DNA of 57,510 nt, taken from assembly GCA_021813645.1 (NCBI GenBank), contig JAKAJW010000158.1, positions 1 through 57,510 of the forward strand, written 5' to 3'. Made by a program: the position numbers and the translations under genes. The stretch comes from Pseudomonadota bacterium. Its GTDB lineage: Bacteria; Pseudomonadota; Alphaproteobacteria; Rhodobacterales; Rhodobacteraceae. This document shows positions 1 to 9,099 of this stretch, piece by piece (positions within the stretch are counted from its first letter, which is position 1; each line of letters starts with the position of its first letter). The notes below the pieces were generated by a model. That model saw only the letters and a list, made by a program, of their open reading frames with translations. It did not search any database and was not told where the DNA came from.

Positions 1-138
1 GTTCTCCCAGGGCATCACCGCCTGGATGACCTCGTGCAGGGCGCGCAGGTTCGTCGTCAGGCTCACCGCGACCCGACGCCAGATGAGCGGTTCGAGATGG
101 GCAAGCTCGATGCGGAGACGAGCGATCTGGTCGGTCAT
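1..138 (-). CDS. plasmid pRiA4b ORF-3 (IS1096 TnpR-like) family protein, 5' part; runs off the window start
   Basis: Not in the ORF track. Manual translation from the ATG at 138 gives MTDQIARLRIELAHLEPLIWRRVAVSLTTNLRALHEVIQAVMPWEN, matching the family pattern P-IWRR...LH-VIQ-xx-W-x-N. Confidence 0.75.
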   Translation of the reverse strand, partial: MTDQIARLRIELAHLEPLIWRRVAVSLTTNLRALHEVIQAVMPWEN

Positions 139-185
139 CGGGGACTTCTCCGGGGCGTCCGACTCGAGGATGGAGGCAGGTTCGC

Positions 186-401
186 ATGGCGACAATCACC
201 GAGCTCCGCGCCCGCCGCGAGGCGCTGGCCGCGCAGCGGTCCTCGGGCGTGGCGCGGGTCAGCTACGATGGCAAGTCGGTGGACTACCGCAGCCTTGCCG
301 AGATCGACCAGGCGCTCGATGCGCTGGATCGCGAGATCGCCGCGGCCGAGGGACGCCGGATCGTCCGGCAGGTGCGCGTGACAACGGCGAAGGGGCTCTG
401 A
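186..401 (+). CDS. gpW-like head-tail joining protein
   Basis: 71 aa, SGVARVSYDGKSVDYRSLAEI motif, immediately upstream of the portal as in lambda. Confidence 0.85.
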   Translation: MATITELRARREALAAQRSSGVARVSYDGKSVDYRSLAEIDQALDALDREIAAAEGRRIVRQVRVTTAKGL

Positions 402-404
402 GCG

Positions 405-1913
405 ATGGGCTTCTTCGATCGCTTCCGCCGCCAGAGCACCGGCGGCCCTGCTGCCGTTCGCGCCCGTCTCGAGGGCGCCATGGCGAAGCGCCGACTGCGC
501 GGCTGGAACCCGCCCTTGGAGAACATCAACGCGCTGGTCGCCTCGGGCGGCCCGCGGCTGCTGGCGCGGTCCCGCGAGCTGGTGGTGACCAATGGCTATG
601 CCGCGAATGCCTGCGAAGCCTTCGCCGCGAACCTCGTCGGCGACGGGATCAAGCCCTCGTCGCTGATCGGGGACGCCGACTTGCGCGACCGGGTCCAGCG
701 GCTCTGGCTTGCCTGGACGGACGAGGCCGATGCGGATGGGCTGACCGACTTCTACGGCCTGCAGGCCATGGTCGCCCGCGAGATGTTCGTCGCGGGCGAG
801 TGCTTCGTCCGGCTGCGCCCGCGCCGGGCGGAGGACGGGCTGCTGGTGCCGCTGCAACTCCAGCTTCTCCAGTCCGAGATGCTGCCATTCGAGAAGACCG
901 AGACCGCGGCCAACGGCAACCGCATCCGCTGCGGGATCGAGTTCGACGGGATCGGGCGGCGGGTGGCCTACCACTTCCGCCGCCGCCATCCGGGCGACAG
1001 CACCGATCGGAGCGCGGTGATCCCGGAGACGGTGCGCGTGCCGGCGACAGACGTGCTCCACGTCTACCGCCCCATCGATGCCGGACAGATCCGGGGCCTG
1101 CCGCATATCGCGCCCGCGATGGTGCGGCTGTTCCTGCTCGACCAATACGATGACGCCGAACTTGATCGGAAGAAGACCGCGGCGATGTTCGCGGGCTTCA
1201 TCACCAAGACCGCGCCGGAAGAGCCGATGATGGGCGAGGCGCAGGCGGATCTCGACGGCGCTGCCATTGCGAGCCTCGAGCCCGGCACGATGCAGGTGCT
1301 GCTGCCGGGCGAGGACGTGAAGTTCTCGTCTCCGGCCGATGTCGGTGGCGGCTACGAGGCGTTCCAGTATCGGACGCTCCTCTCGGTCGCGGCCTCGCTG
1401 GGGCTGCCCTATCACCTCGTGACCGGCGATGTCCGGCAGGCGAACTACTCGAGCTTGCGTGCGGAGCTCGTCGAGTTCCGCCGCCGCATCGGCCAGTTGC
1501 AGCACGGGGTGCTCGCGCATCAGCTCTGTCGCCCGGTGTGGCAACGCTGGCAGGAGACCGCGGTGCTGTCGGGTGCGCTCGATGCCAATCCGGGCGCGAT
1601 GCGGCCGGTGCAATGGATCCCTCCACGCTGGGACTGGGTCGATCCCTTGAAGGACATCCAGGCGCAGGTGCTGGCGATGGAGGCCGGCATCACCTCGCGG
1701 CGCAAGGTGGTCGAGGCGACCGGCTACGACATCGAGGAAGTCGACCGCGACAACGCCGCCGACGCCGCCCGCGCCGCGGCGATGGGGCTCAGCTATCGCA
1801 CCAGCCCCGGTGAGACCCAGGGCGCGCGCGCCACGCCGACGGCGGTGCCCGATCCGGGTACGGCCCCCGCCGACCCGAACGCCGATCCGAATGCCGACCC
1901 GTCGGCGGCCTGA
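405..1913 (+). CDS. lambda-family phage portal protein
   Basis: 502 aa; motifs RSRELVVTNGYA, GQIRGLP, ANYSSLR and WVDPLKD are typical of gpB-like portals. Confidence 0.95.
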   Translation: MGFFDRFRRQSTGGPAAVRARLEGAMAKRRLRGWNPPLENINALVASGGPRLLARSRELVVTNGYAANACEAFAANLVGDGIKPSSLIGDADLRDRVQRLWLAWTDEADADGLTDFYGLQAMVAREMFVAGECFVRLRPRRAEDGLLVPLQLQLLQSEMLPFEKTETAANGNRIRCGIEFDGIGRRVAYHFRRRHPGDSTDRSAVIPETVRVPATDVLHVYRPIDAGQIRGLPHIAPAMVRLFLLDQYDDAELDRKKTAAMFAGFITKTAPEEPMMGEAQADLDGAAIASLEPGTMQVLLPGEDVKFSSPADVGGGYEAFQYRTLLSVAASLGLPYHLVTGDVRQANYSSLRAELVEFRRRIGQLQHGVLAHQLCRPVWQRWQETAVLSGALDANPGAMRPVQWIPPRWDWVDPLKDIQAQVLAMEAGITSRRKVVEATGYDIEEVDRDNAADAARAAAMGLSYRTSPGETQGARATPTAVPDPGTAPADPNADPNADPSAA

Positions 1914-1929
1914 CAGGAAAGGACAATCC

Positions 1930-2955
1930 ATGCCGACCTGGTATGACATCCGCGCCCGCGCCGCGGGGGCGGAAGTGGCGATCTATGACGAGATCGGGGC
2001 CTATGGCGTTACCGCGAAGGGTTTTCTGGCCGAACTCGGGGCGCTGCCCACGGGCACGCCGGTCGATCTGCGGCTCAACAGCCCGGGCGGATCGGTCTTC
2101 GACGCGGTCGCGATCCACAACGCGCTGAAGCGGCATGACGGGCCCGTCACGGTCTGGATCGACGGCATCGCCGCCTCGGCCGCCTCCTATGTGGCGATGG
2201 CGGGTGACGAGATCGTCATGCCCGAGAACGCCTTCCTGATGATCCACGATCCGGCCGGTCTTGTGATGGGCACGGCTGAGGACATGCGCGCCATGGCCGA
2301 GGCGCTCGACAAGGTGAAGGGCAGCCTCGTCGGGGGCTACGCGGCGAAGTCCGGCCGGGCGCCGGAGGAGGTCTCCGCGCTCATGGCCGCCGAGACCTGG
2401 TTCGACGCCGCGGACGCCGTAGCGCAGGGCTTCGCCGACCGGATCGCCGACCCCGTCCGCATTGCCGCAACCTTCGACATCGCCCGCTTCCGCAACGCGC
2501 CGCCGGTGCTGGCCGAGGCGGTTGCAGCGGACCCGGCCCCGGCCGAGACGACCGAAGGCCTGAATGCCGAGCGGGGCGAGGACAGCGATGACGTCGCCGC
2601 CGCCGATCCGGTCGCGGATGCCGATGGCGAGCAGACCATCGCGCCCGACACCCCGAAGTCGTCCGCCCAAACCCCACCTCCGAGCGGCGCACCGCCGGAT
2701 CCCGCCGCGATCCGCGCCGAAGCCATCGGCCACGCTCGTGCCGTCGTTGATCTCTGCCGCCTTGCGGGCCAGCCGCAGATGGCCGGCCGGTTCCTCGAAG
2801 AGGACGCGAGCCTCGACGAGGTGCGCAGCCGCCTTCTCGCCGCGAAGGCCGAGGCCGCGCCCGAGATCGCGCCGCATCACCCGCAGCCCGGCCAGCAATC
2901 GGCCGCGCGTCCCTGGGGCGAGATCGTCGCCCGCACCTTCAAGCTGAAAGGCTGA
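1930..2955 (+). CDS. ClpP-like head maturation protease with C-terminal scaffold
   Basis: ATG 1930 after GGAAAGGA; motifs LNSPGGSV, GIAASAAS, LMIHDP and ETWF; acidic/Pro-rich linker, then a helical tail. Confidence 0.92.
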   Translation: MPTWYDIRARAAGAEVAIYDEIGAYGVTAKGFLAELGALPTGTPVDLRLNSPGGSVFDAVAIHNALKRHDGPVTVWIDGIAASAASYVAMAGDEIVMPENAFLMIHDPAGLVMGTAEDMRAMAEALDKVKGSLVGGYAAKSGRAPEEVSALMAAETWFDAADAVAQGFADRIADPVRIAATFDIARFRNAPPVLAEAVAADPAPAETTEGLNAERGEDSDDVAAADPVADADGEQTIAPDTPKSSAQTPPPSGAPPDPAAIRAEAIGHARAVVDLCRLAGQPQMAGRFLEEDASLDEVRSRLLAAKAEAAPEIAPHHPQPGQQSAARPWGEIVARTFKLKG

Positions 2956-2959
2956 CACC

Positions 2960-3325
2960 ATGACCATCCTCACCGAAGGCCGGCATCCCGGCGGCTTCCT
3001 CGTCTGGGAAGCCTTCCGCGACTACACCCGCGAGACGATCACCGTCGCGAGCGGTACGCTCGAGCCCGGCACCGTGCTCGGCAAGATCACCGCCTCGGGC
3101 AAATACGCCGGGCACGATCCGGCCGCGACCGACGGCACCGAGACCGCCGTGGCGGTGCTCTGGGGCAAGGCGGATGCGTCGGGGGGCGATGCACCGGCCG
3201 TCGCACTCGTCCGCGGTCCTGCCATCGTCAACCGCTACGACCTCGTCTTCGCGGCCGACCTCACCGATCCCGAGGTCGCGGCAGCCCATGCGGGGCTCCT
3301 CGCCGCTGGCATCCTCGTCCGCTGA
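2960..3325 (+). CDS. head decoration protein (gpD-like)
   Basis: 121 aa, GTVLGKIT...DGTETAVAVL; sits between protease and capsid. Confidence 0.88.
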   Translation: MTILTEGRHPGGFLVWEAFRDYTRETITVASGTLEPGTVLGKITASGKYAGHDPAATDGTETAVAVLWGKADASGGDAPAVALVRGPAIVNRYDLVFAADLTDPEVAAAHAGLLAAGILVR

Positions 3326-3367
3326 TCGCGGGCGCTTCCCACGCAATCCTGACCCGGAGGCATTCCC

Positions 3368-4381
3368 ATGGCGACCATGGACATCTTCGAAGGCGATGCC
3401 TTCACCATCATCGAACTGACGCGCGCGCTGGAGAACATCCCCTTCAAGCCCGCAATCCTGTCGGGCGCGGGCCTCTTCAGCCCGCGCGGGGTCCGCTCGC
3501 GCACCGTCGTCATCGAAAGCCGCGACGGCACGCTCTCGTTGATCCCGTTCTCTGAACGCGGCTCGGCCGCCGAGCAACAGGTGCCCGAGCGCCGCGACAT
3601 GCGCGCCTTCGTCTGCCGACAGTTCAAGAAGCAGGACGTGCTCTGGGCCTCGGAAATCCAGGGCATCCGCGACTTCGGCTCCGAGACCGCGACCCAGCAG
3701 GTGCAGACCGAAGTGGCCCGCCGTCTCGGCCGCCTGCGCCAGGACGCCGAGGCGACCTTCGAGTATCACCTCCTGAACGGCATCCAGGGACTGGTGAAGG
3801 ACCCGAAGGACAATGCCACGGTGATCAACTACTTCACCGAGTTCGGCATCGCGCCGGCGGCCGAGATCGACTTCGACCTCGACAACGCCACGCCGGCCTC
3901 GGGCGCGCTCCGCAAACGTTGCCAGGCGCTGATCGAGGATGTCGAAGGGTCGATGGGCGGCCTTGCTGCCGGGGCGATCCAGGTCCGCGCCGAATGCGGC
4001 TCGGCCTTCTTCGCCGATCTCGTGGCCCACAAGGAAGTGCGCGAGACCTATCTCAACACCGCCGCGGCGGCCGATCTGCGGGGCCGCGTCGCCGACGAGG
4101 TCAGCTTCGGCGGCATCACCTTCCGCCGCTACCGCGGCGGCGCGGGCTTCGGCGTGCCGACCGACAAGGCCTTATTCTATCCCGAGGGGATCGACGGCCT
4201 CTTCGAGATCTATCACGCCCCCGCCGACACCTTCGAGACGGTCAACACCCTCGGCCAGCCGCTCTATGCCCGCACCATCCCCGACCGGGATCGTGACGAG
4301 TGGGTTCGGCTCGAGATCGAGAGCAACCCGCTCCCGATCTGCACCCGGCCGCAGGTGCTGCGACAGGCCAGGCGGACGTGA
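3368..4381 (+). CDS. major capsid protein (gpE-like)
   Basis: 337 aa, GGAGG RBS; C-terminal ETVNTLGQPLYA...ESNPLPICTRP typical of this capsid family. Confidence 0.92.
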   Translation: MATMDIFEGDAFTIIELTRALENIPFKPAILSGAGLFSPRGVRSRTVVIESRDGTLSLIPFSERGSAAEQQVPERRDMRAFVCRQFKKQDVLWASEIQGIRDFGSETATQQVQTEVARRLGRLRQDAEATFEYHLLNGIQGLVKDPKDNATVINYFTEFGIAPAAEIDFDLDNATPASGALRKRCQALIEDVEGSMGGLAAGAIQVRAECGSAFFADLVAHKEVRETYLNTAAAADLRGRVADEVSFGGITFRRYRGGAGFGVPTDKALFYPEGIDGLFEIYHAPADTFETVNTLGQPLYARTIPDRDRDEWVRLEIESNPLPICTRPQVLRQARRT

Positions 4382-4391
4382 CCAGCGCTGG

Positions 4392-5168
4392 CTATCTGGC
4401 GCGCGGGCGGTCCCAGACCATGTCCACCAGGCGCGGATCCGGCGCGAAAGTATCGCGCCCAAACTCGAGGCCAATCCTCGGGTGCTCTCGGATGGCCTGC
4501 GCGCCGCTCTGCCCGACGCGAATGCGCCAGGTCTGGCGGTCTACCGGTTGCGGGGCCGCGAAGGCCCCGCAGGTCAGCACGGCAAGGTTCGTGCCGTTGT
4601 CGGGGTCGCGGACTGATGCGTATCGGATGACCTCGGCCCCGATCTCGCGGGCGGTTTCGGCAAGCTGTTGGCAGGGGGCATAGTCGGTCAGATGGCTCCA
4701 GAAGGGGTGACCTGTGGCAAGCTCCCCCGAGGTGAGGTCAAGACAAACCGGTGTCGCCAGTTCGACGCAAAAGGCGGTATATTCCGCCGCATCGTCGGGG
4801 AACGGGGTGTCGGGGCTCTCGGCGTAAAACAGGAACCGATAGAAGACCATCTCGGCCGCTGCCGTTTCCGGTCGTTCGGCGCCGTACCAGACGCCGGGCG
4901 TCAATCCAGCGCGGCGGAACCGTGAGCCGTTCGGATAAGGGCGATAGCGGAACGGCGTGGAGAGGAGGTAGTCGAGGTGGCGGCACGCGTCAGGCACTGG
5001 CGGCTTGGTCTCCTCAAGAATGTCCTCCAGAGCCGCCTGTTCTGCGAGACTGTCGACAAGCTTCAGGGTCGAGACCCGGTGCTGGGCCTCGACAAACCGC
5101 CATGCCTGACCGTTGAACGGCAGCGCCTCAGACCGGAGCGCGTCGGGCGTCAAGATAAGTCGTGACAT
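4392..5168 (-). CDS. RES-domain toxin (NAD+ phosphorylase family)
   Basis: Conserved R (GSRFRR), WYGAE...AAAEM and IRYASVR...GTNLAVL; start MSRLILTPDAL overlaps the antitoxin 3' end. Confidence 0.9.
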   Translation of the reverse strand: MSRLILTPDALRSEALPFNGQAWRFVEAQHRVSTLKLVDSLAEQAALEDILEETKPPVPDACRHLDYLLSTPFRYRPYPNGSRFRRAGLTPGVWYGAERPETAAAEMVFYRFLFYAESPDTPFPDDAAEYTAFCVELATPVCLDLTSGELATGHPFWSHLTDYAPCQQLAETAREIGAEVIRYASVRDPDNGTNLAVLTCGAFAAPQPVDRQTWRIRVGQSGAQAIREHPRIGLEFGRDTFAPDPRLVDMVWDRPRAR

Positions 5169-5508
5169 CGACAAGTCCCTGAATCGTCGCCATCCGTTCG
5201 ATTGGCGGTGCGGCAAGCGCGGTATTGGTCGCCGTCATCCACACGCGGGCAACCGCCTCGTCGCCGCCTGTGATGGCGTCGAGCGAGCGGAACGAGCGAA
5301 CGAGAAGTGCGGCGAGTTCAAAAGGTTTCGACCCGGCCTCGAGCGTGGCCTCGCCACGCTTGAGGCGCGACACCGTGGCTTCGGAAACGCCGACGATTTC
5401 GGCAAGTTGCCGTCCGGACAGACCCAGCCGCTCGGCGGCACGAAGCATGGCCTTGGTCAAGACCGCGTTGCGATCCGGGGCGGGAGCAAGATTGCGAGGG
5501 TGTGTCAT
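5128..5508 (-). CDS. Xre/MbcA/ParS antitoxin
   Basis: HTH LSGRQLAEIVGVSEATVSRL plus C-terminal WM..N.AL...P....QGLVDV..YLD; AGGAGG RBS; upstream of the RES gene. Confidence 0.9.
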   Translation of the reverse strand: MTHPRNLAPAPDRNAVLTKAMLRAAERLGLSGRQLAEIVGVSEATVSRLKRGEATLEAGSKPFELAALLVRSFRSLDAITGGDEAVARVWMTATNTALAAPPIERMATIQGLVDVTTYLDARRAPV

Positions 5509-5566
5509 GGCGTCCTCCTGTCTTCTGGAAACATAGTGCACATAACTTCCACACGAAAGGGTAAAG

Positions 5567-5881
5567 ATGTCGCTCGCCTTTGAAAACGCGCTCGACTTGC
5601 TCTTCGCCGACCCAAACCTCGGTCGGGATGCGGTCTACATCGCCGACGGCGGCACGCCCGTCCTGGTGCGCGTCGTCACGCGGCGCGCCGATGCCGTCAC
5701 CGACTTTGGCGAAGCGCGGCTCTGGTCGGAAACCACCCGCGTCGACCTGCGTGTGGCCGAGGTCCCGAACCCGCGCCCTGGTGAGCGGATCGAGATCGAC
5801 GGCGATGCCTTCCTCATTCAGGGCGAGCCTGTCCGCGACCGCGAGCGGCTGGTCTGGACCGTGGACCTGAGGCCGACCTGA
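5567..5881 (+). CDS. head-tail joining protein (gpFII-like)
   Basis: 104 aa beta-rich, PRPGERIEIDG...DRERLVW; first structural gene after the capsid. Confidence 0.75.
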   Translation: MSLAFENALDLLFADPNLGRDAVYIADGGTPVLVRVVTRRADAVTDFGEARLWSETTRVDLRVAEVPNPRPGERIEIDGDAFLIQGEPVRDRERLVWTVDLRPT

Positions 5882-5886
5882 TCGCG

Positions 5887-6519
5887 ATGAAGCTGAAGCT
5901 CGACATCGATCCGGACATCGTCGCCATGATGACTGCGGAAGTGGCTGCGGGAGAAAAGGCGGTGACGGCCGCCATGCGCCAGGCCGGGACCGGACTGAAG
6001 ACCGCCTGGCGGGCGCAGATCACGGGCGCGGGTCTGGGCCAGCGGCTGGCAAACTCAATCCGGCTCGCCAGCTTCCCGAAGACGGGCGAGAGCCTCGATG
6101 CGGCGACTCTGGTCTGGTCCAAGGCACCGGTGATCATTGGCGCGCATGACACCGGCCCGCTGATCCGCTCGAAAAACGGCTTCTGGCTGGCGATCCCGAC
6201 ACCCGCCGCCGGCAAGTCCCTGCGCGGCGGCCGGATCACCCCCGGCGAATGGGAACGGCGCACCAGCCTGCGCCTGCGGTTCATCTTTCGCCGCTCCGGC
6301 CCGAGCCTGCTGGTGGCCGAGGGGAGGCTCAACACCAAGGGCCGCGCCGTGGCGTCACGGTCGAAGACCGGCCGCGGGCTGACCACGGTGCCGATCTTCC
6401 TGCTGGTGCCGCAGGTCAAGCTGCCGAAGCGGCTGGACCTGGCGCGGGATGCGGAGCGAGCGGCGAGCGCCGTGCAGGGGTTGATCGTAGCGAATTGGGT
6501 GGAGGAGAAGATTGGTTGA
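5887..6519 (+). CDS. neck/tail completion protein (DUF6441-like)
   Basis: 210 aa, basic; connector position; motifs GFWLAIPT and VPIFLLVPQVKL. Confidence 0.65.
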   Translation: MKLKLDIDPDIVAMMTAEVAAGEKAVTAAMRQAGTGLKTAWRAQITGAGLGQRLANSIRLASFPKTGESLDAATLVWSKAPVIIGAHDTGPLIRSKNGFWLAIPTPAAGKSLRGGRITPGEWERRTSLRLRFIFRRSGPSLLVAEGRLNTKGRAVASRSKTGRGLTTVPIFLLVPQVKLPKRLDLARDAERAASAVQGLIVANWVEEKIG

Positions 6520-6563
6520 CTGCATTCAATCGGAAGTCAGCGTAGGGCGCCGGAAAGAAACGA

Positions 6564-6941
6564 TTATTCGGCGCCGATCCATTTCAACGCCGCTCGCGCC
6601 TCTTCCGAATTATGTACCCGGAGCTTCAATTCTCCGCGCGACGTTTCTTCGGCAGAGGAAAAGCGCCCCTTGGTTTCAACCGGGTCGATAAGCCCAGCCT
6701 TCAAGGCAGGCTTCCGAAAATACCACAGAACCCACTTCTGATTGAGGACAGCAGAGTAAAGCCAGTCGCCCTTAGACTCAAAGCGAAGCTCGCGTTCGAT
6801 GAAACCATGTCCGGCAGGGCGGACAGTGGTGCCGTCGGGGAATCGAGCATGGGCGAACGTAAGGTAAGCGGCGCGGACGGCTCCGTCGACGGCTGCTGCA
6901 TCTCGCAACTGCTCTTCAAGTCGATGCGCGTCAACCAGCAT
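6564..6941 (-). CDS. hypothetical protein (prophage cargo), 125 aa
   Basis: ATG at 6941 preceded by GGGAGGG; ORF fills the gap between two + strand structural genes; visibly more AT-rich than its neighbours. Confidence 0.65.
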   Translation of the reverse strand: MLVDAHRLEEQLRDAAAVDGAVRAAYLTFAHARFPDGTTVRPAGHGFIERELRFESKGDWLYSAVLNQKWVLWYFRKPALKAGLIDPVETKGRFSSAEETSRGELKLRVHNSEEARAALKWIGAE

Positions 6942-7031
6942 TGGTTCCCTCCCGTCGCCTGGCTTCAGACGGCCGCGATCATACGAACCGCCATCGAAAC
7001 ATGCGTCAAGAGCGAAGTCCTCCGAGACACC

Positions 7032-7451
7032 ATGCCCACCCCTCGCGAAACCATCCTTGCCGCGCTGCACGCGCGGCTCTCGGCGCTGCCCGCCGCCGCC
7101 TTGCGCGGCGAGGTGCTGCCCGAGCGCGTGCCGGCCGAGGGCCTGCTGATCCTGCGCGACGGCGAGCCGGGAGAGCCCGAAGTGACGCTATCGCCGCTCG
7201 CCTACCACTATCAGCACCGCGCCGAGATCGAGGCGGTGGTTCAGGGCGCTGAACGTGACACCACTTTCGACGCACTGACCGCCAGCATCGGTGCGGCGCT
7301 CGCCGCCGACCGCACGCTGGGCGGGCTCTGCGACTGGGTCGAGGCGGAAGCGCCGAGGCCGGTCGATCTGCCGGTCGAGGGCGCGGCCAGCCTGAAGGCC
7401 GCCGTGATCCCGGTCGTTCTGTATTACACGGCGGCCGATCCGCTGGCCTGA
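7032..7451 (+). CDS. tail terminator protein
   Basis: 139 aa MPTPRETILAAL...DRTLGGLCDW, directly before the tail tube gene. Confidence 0.72.
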   Translation: MPTPRETILAALHARLSALPAAALRGEVLPERVPAEGLLILRDGEPGEPEVTLSPLAYHYQHRAEIEAVVQGAERDTTFDALTASIGAALAADRTLGGLCDWVEAEAPRPVDLPVEGAASLKAAVIPVVLYYTAADPLA

Positions 7452-7475
7452 CACCACCTAAAACAGGAGAAGAAC

Positions 7476-8420
7476 ATGGCACGCGCCCAGGGGGCGCGGG
7501 CGCTGATGGCGCTTGCGTTCGAGACGACCTATGGAACGCCGCCCGCGGGCGGCTTCACCCGCATGCCCTTCGCCAGCACCTCGCTCGGCGCGGAGCAGCC
7601 GCTCCTGAACTCGGAGCTTCTCGGCTACGGCCGCGATCCGCTGGCACCGATCAAGGACGCGGTCACGGCCGACGGCGACGTCGTGGTGCCGATCGATGCC
7701 ACGACCTTCGGCTTCTGGCTGAAAGCCGCCTTTGGGGATCCGGTGACAAGCGGCGTGGCGCCCGGGCCCTTCACCCACGAGTTCCGCTCCGGCGCCTGGG
7801 ACCTGCCGTCCCTGTCTATCGAGACGGCGATGCCGGAGGTGCCGCGCTTTGCGATGTACTCGGGATGCATGCTCGACCAACTGACCTGGCAGATGCAGCG
7901 GTCGGGGCTGCTGACGGCGACCGCGAAGCTGGTGGCGCAGGGTGAAACGTCGGCGACGGTCAGCGCCGCCGGGGCGCCGGCCGCGCTGGACCTGAAGCGC
8001 TTCGGTCACTTCAACGGACAGGTCGCCCGCAACGGGACCACCCTCGGCAATGTCGTCTCGGCCGAGATCACCTATGCCAACAACCTCGACCGCATCGAGA
8101 CGATCCGGAGCGATGGCCGGATTGACGGCGCCGACCCGTCCATCGCGGCGCTGACCGGCAAGATCGAGGTGCGTTTCGCCGACAGCATGCTTGTCGACCA
8201 GGCGCTGGACGGCACGGCTTGCGAACTGGAATTCGGCTACGCGCTGCCATCCGGCGAGAGCTTCACCTTCACCGTCCACGCCGTCTACTTGCCACGCCCG
8301 CGGATCGAGATTTCCGGGCCGCAGGGCGTGCAGGCGAGCTTCGACTGGCAGGCTGCGCAGGACGCCATGGGCCGGATGTGCACCGCAACCCTCGTCAACG
8401 ATGTGGAGACCTACGCCTGA
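7476..8420 (+). CDS. tail tube (major tail) protein
   Basis: 314 aa MARAQGARA...FETTYGTPP, AGGAG RBS, followed by chaperones and tape measure. Confidence 0.85.
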   Translation: MARAQGARALMALAFETTYGTPPAGGFTRMPFASTSLGAEQPLLNSELLGYGRDPLAPIKDAVTADGDVVVPIDATTFGFWLKAAFGDPVTSGVAPGPFTHEFRSGAWDLPSLSIETAMPEVPRFAMYSGCMLDQLTWQMQRSGLLTATAKLVAQGETSATVSAAGAPAALDLKRFGHFNGQVARNGTTLGNVVSAEITYANNLDRIETIRSDGRIDGADPSIAALTGKIEVRFADSMLVDQALDGTACELEFGYALPSGESFTFTVHAVYLPRPRIEISGPQGVQASFDWQAAQDAMGRMCTATLVNDVETYA

Positions 8421-8857
8421 TGCTGACCCTTGACCTCACCAATACCCCGCGCTGGCACGACCTCGTGCCGGGCGTGCGGATGCAGCTGCGCCCGCTCACC
8501 ACCGCCCTTATGGTGGCGACGCGCGCCGACCACGCGGTGGAAGCCGTGCCCGCGGCCGCCTCGGACGAGGAACGCGCACTGGCCTTCGCCAAGGCCCTCG
8601 CCCGCCGGGCGGTGCTCGCCTGGGACGGGATCGGCGGTGCCGATGGCAATCCCATCGACCCGAGCCCGGAGGCGATCGACGCCGCGCTCGACGTCTGGCC
8701 GCTCTTCGAGGCCTTCCAGCTCGGCTATGTCTCGAAAGGTCTGCTGCTGGAACAGGAAAAAAACGCCTCCGCGCCCTTGCCGAGTGGTCCTTCGGCGGGG
8801 GCGACGGCTACTGCACAGCCTGCCCGCAGACCTGCCCGGACTGCCCCGCGCGGCTGA
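8420..8857 (+). CDS. tail assembly chaperone (gpG-like)
   Basis: TGATG coupling to the tail tube stop; 145 aa; contains EQEKN at the slippery site. Confidence 0.82.
   Translation: MLTLDLTNTPRWHDLVPGVRMQLRPLTTALMVATRADHAVEAVPAAASDEERALAFAKALARRAVLAWDGIGGADGNPIDPSPEAIDAALDVWPLFEAFQLGYVSKGLLLEQEKNASAPLPSGPSAGATATAQPARRPARTAPRG
8758..8764 (+). other. programmed -1 ribosomal frameshift heptamer A AAA AAC
   Basis: X XXY YYZ heptamer in the correct frame of the chaperone ORF; the -1 frame stays open to 9099. Confidence 0.82.
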
Positions 8858-9099
8858 ACCAGCCCGCGACGTGGGAGGGCTGGCAGGTCTGGGACCTCGC
8901 CGGGCGCCTCGGCGGTCAGCTCCGGGTGGCGCCTGGCGCGGTGATCGGCTGGGACATGGGCGCCGCGCTGGCGCTGGCCGCGGCGTTGGGCGTGCCGGTC
9001 CTCGCGGCGGCAGAACTCCTGCCGGTCATCGAGGCGGCGATGGTCACTAAACTCAACGAACAGAGCGGATCAGGCGGCCTGGAGGGGTGTGATGTCTGA
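8764..9099 (+). CDS. gpT-like extension of the tail chaperone, reached by -1 frameshift
   Basis: Not in the ORF track. The -1 frame reads RLRALAEWSFGGGDGYCTACPQTCPDCPARLNQP...GWQVWDL...LLPVIEAAMV...GCDV*. Confidence 0.8.
   Translation, partial: RLRALAEWSFGGGDGYCTACPQTCPDCPARLNQPATWEGWQVWDLAGRLGGQLRVAPGAVIGWDMGAALALAAALGVPVLAAAELLPVIEAAMVTKLNEQSGSGGLEGCDV

Noticed and set aside
1869-1901. 12-nt repeats encoding ADPNADPNADP at the portal C-terminus
   Set aside because: Short low-complexity tail; not a CRISPR array or a separate functional repeat.
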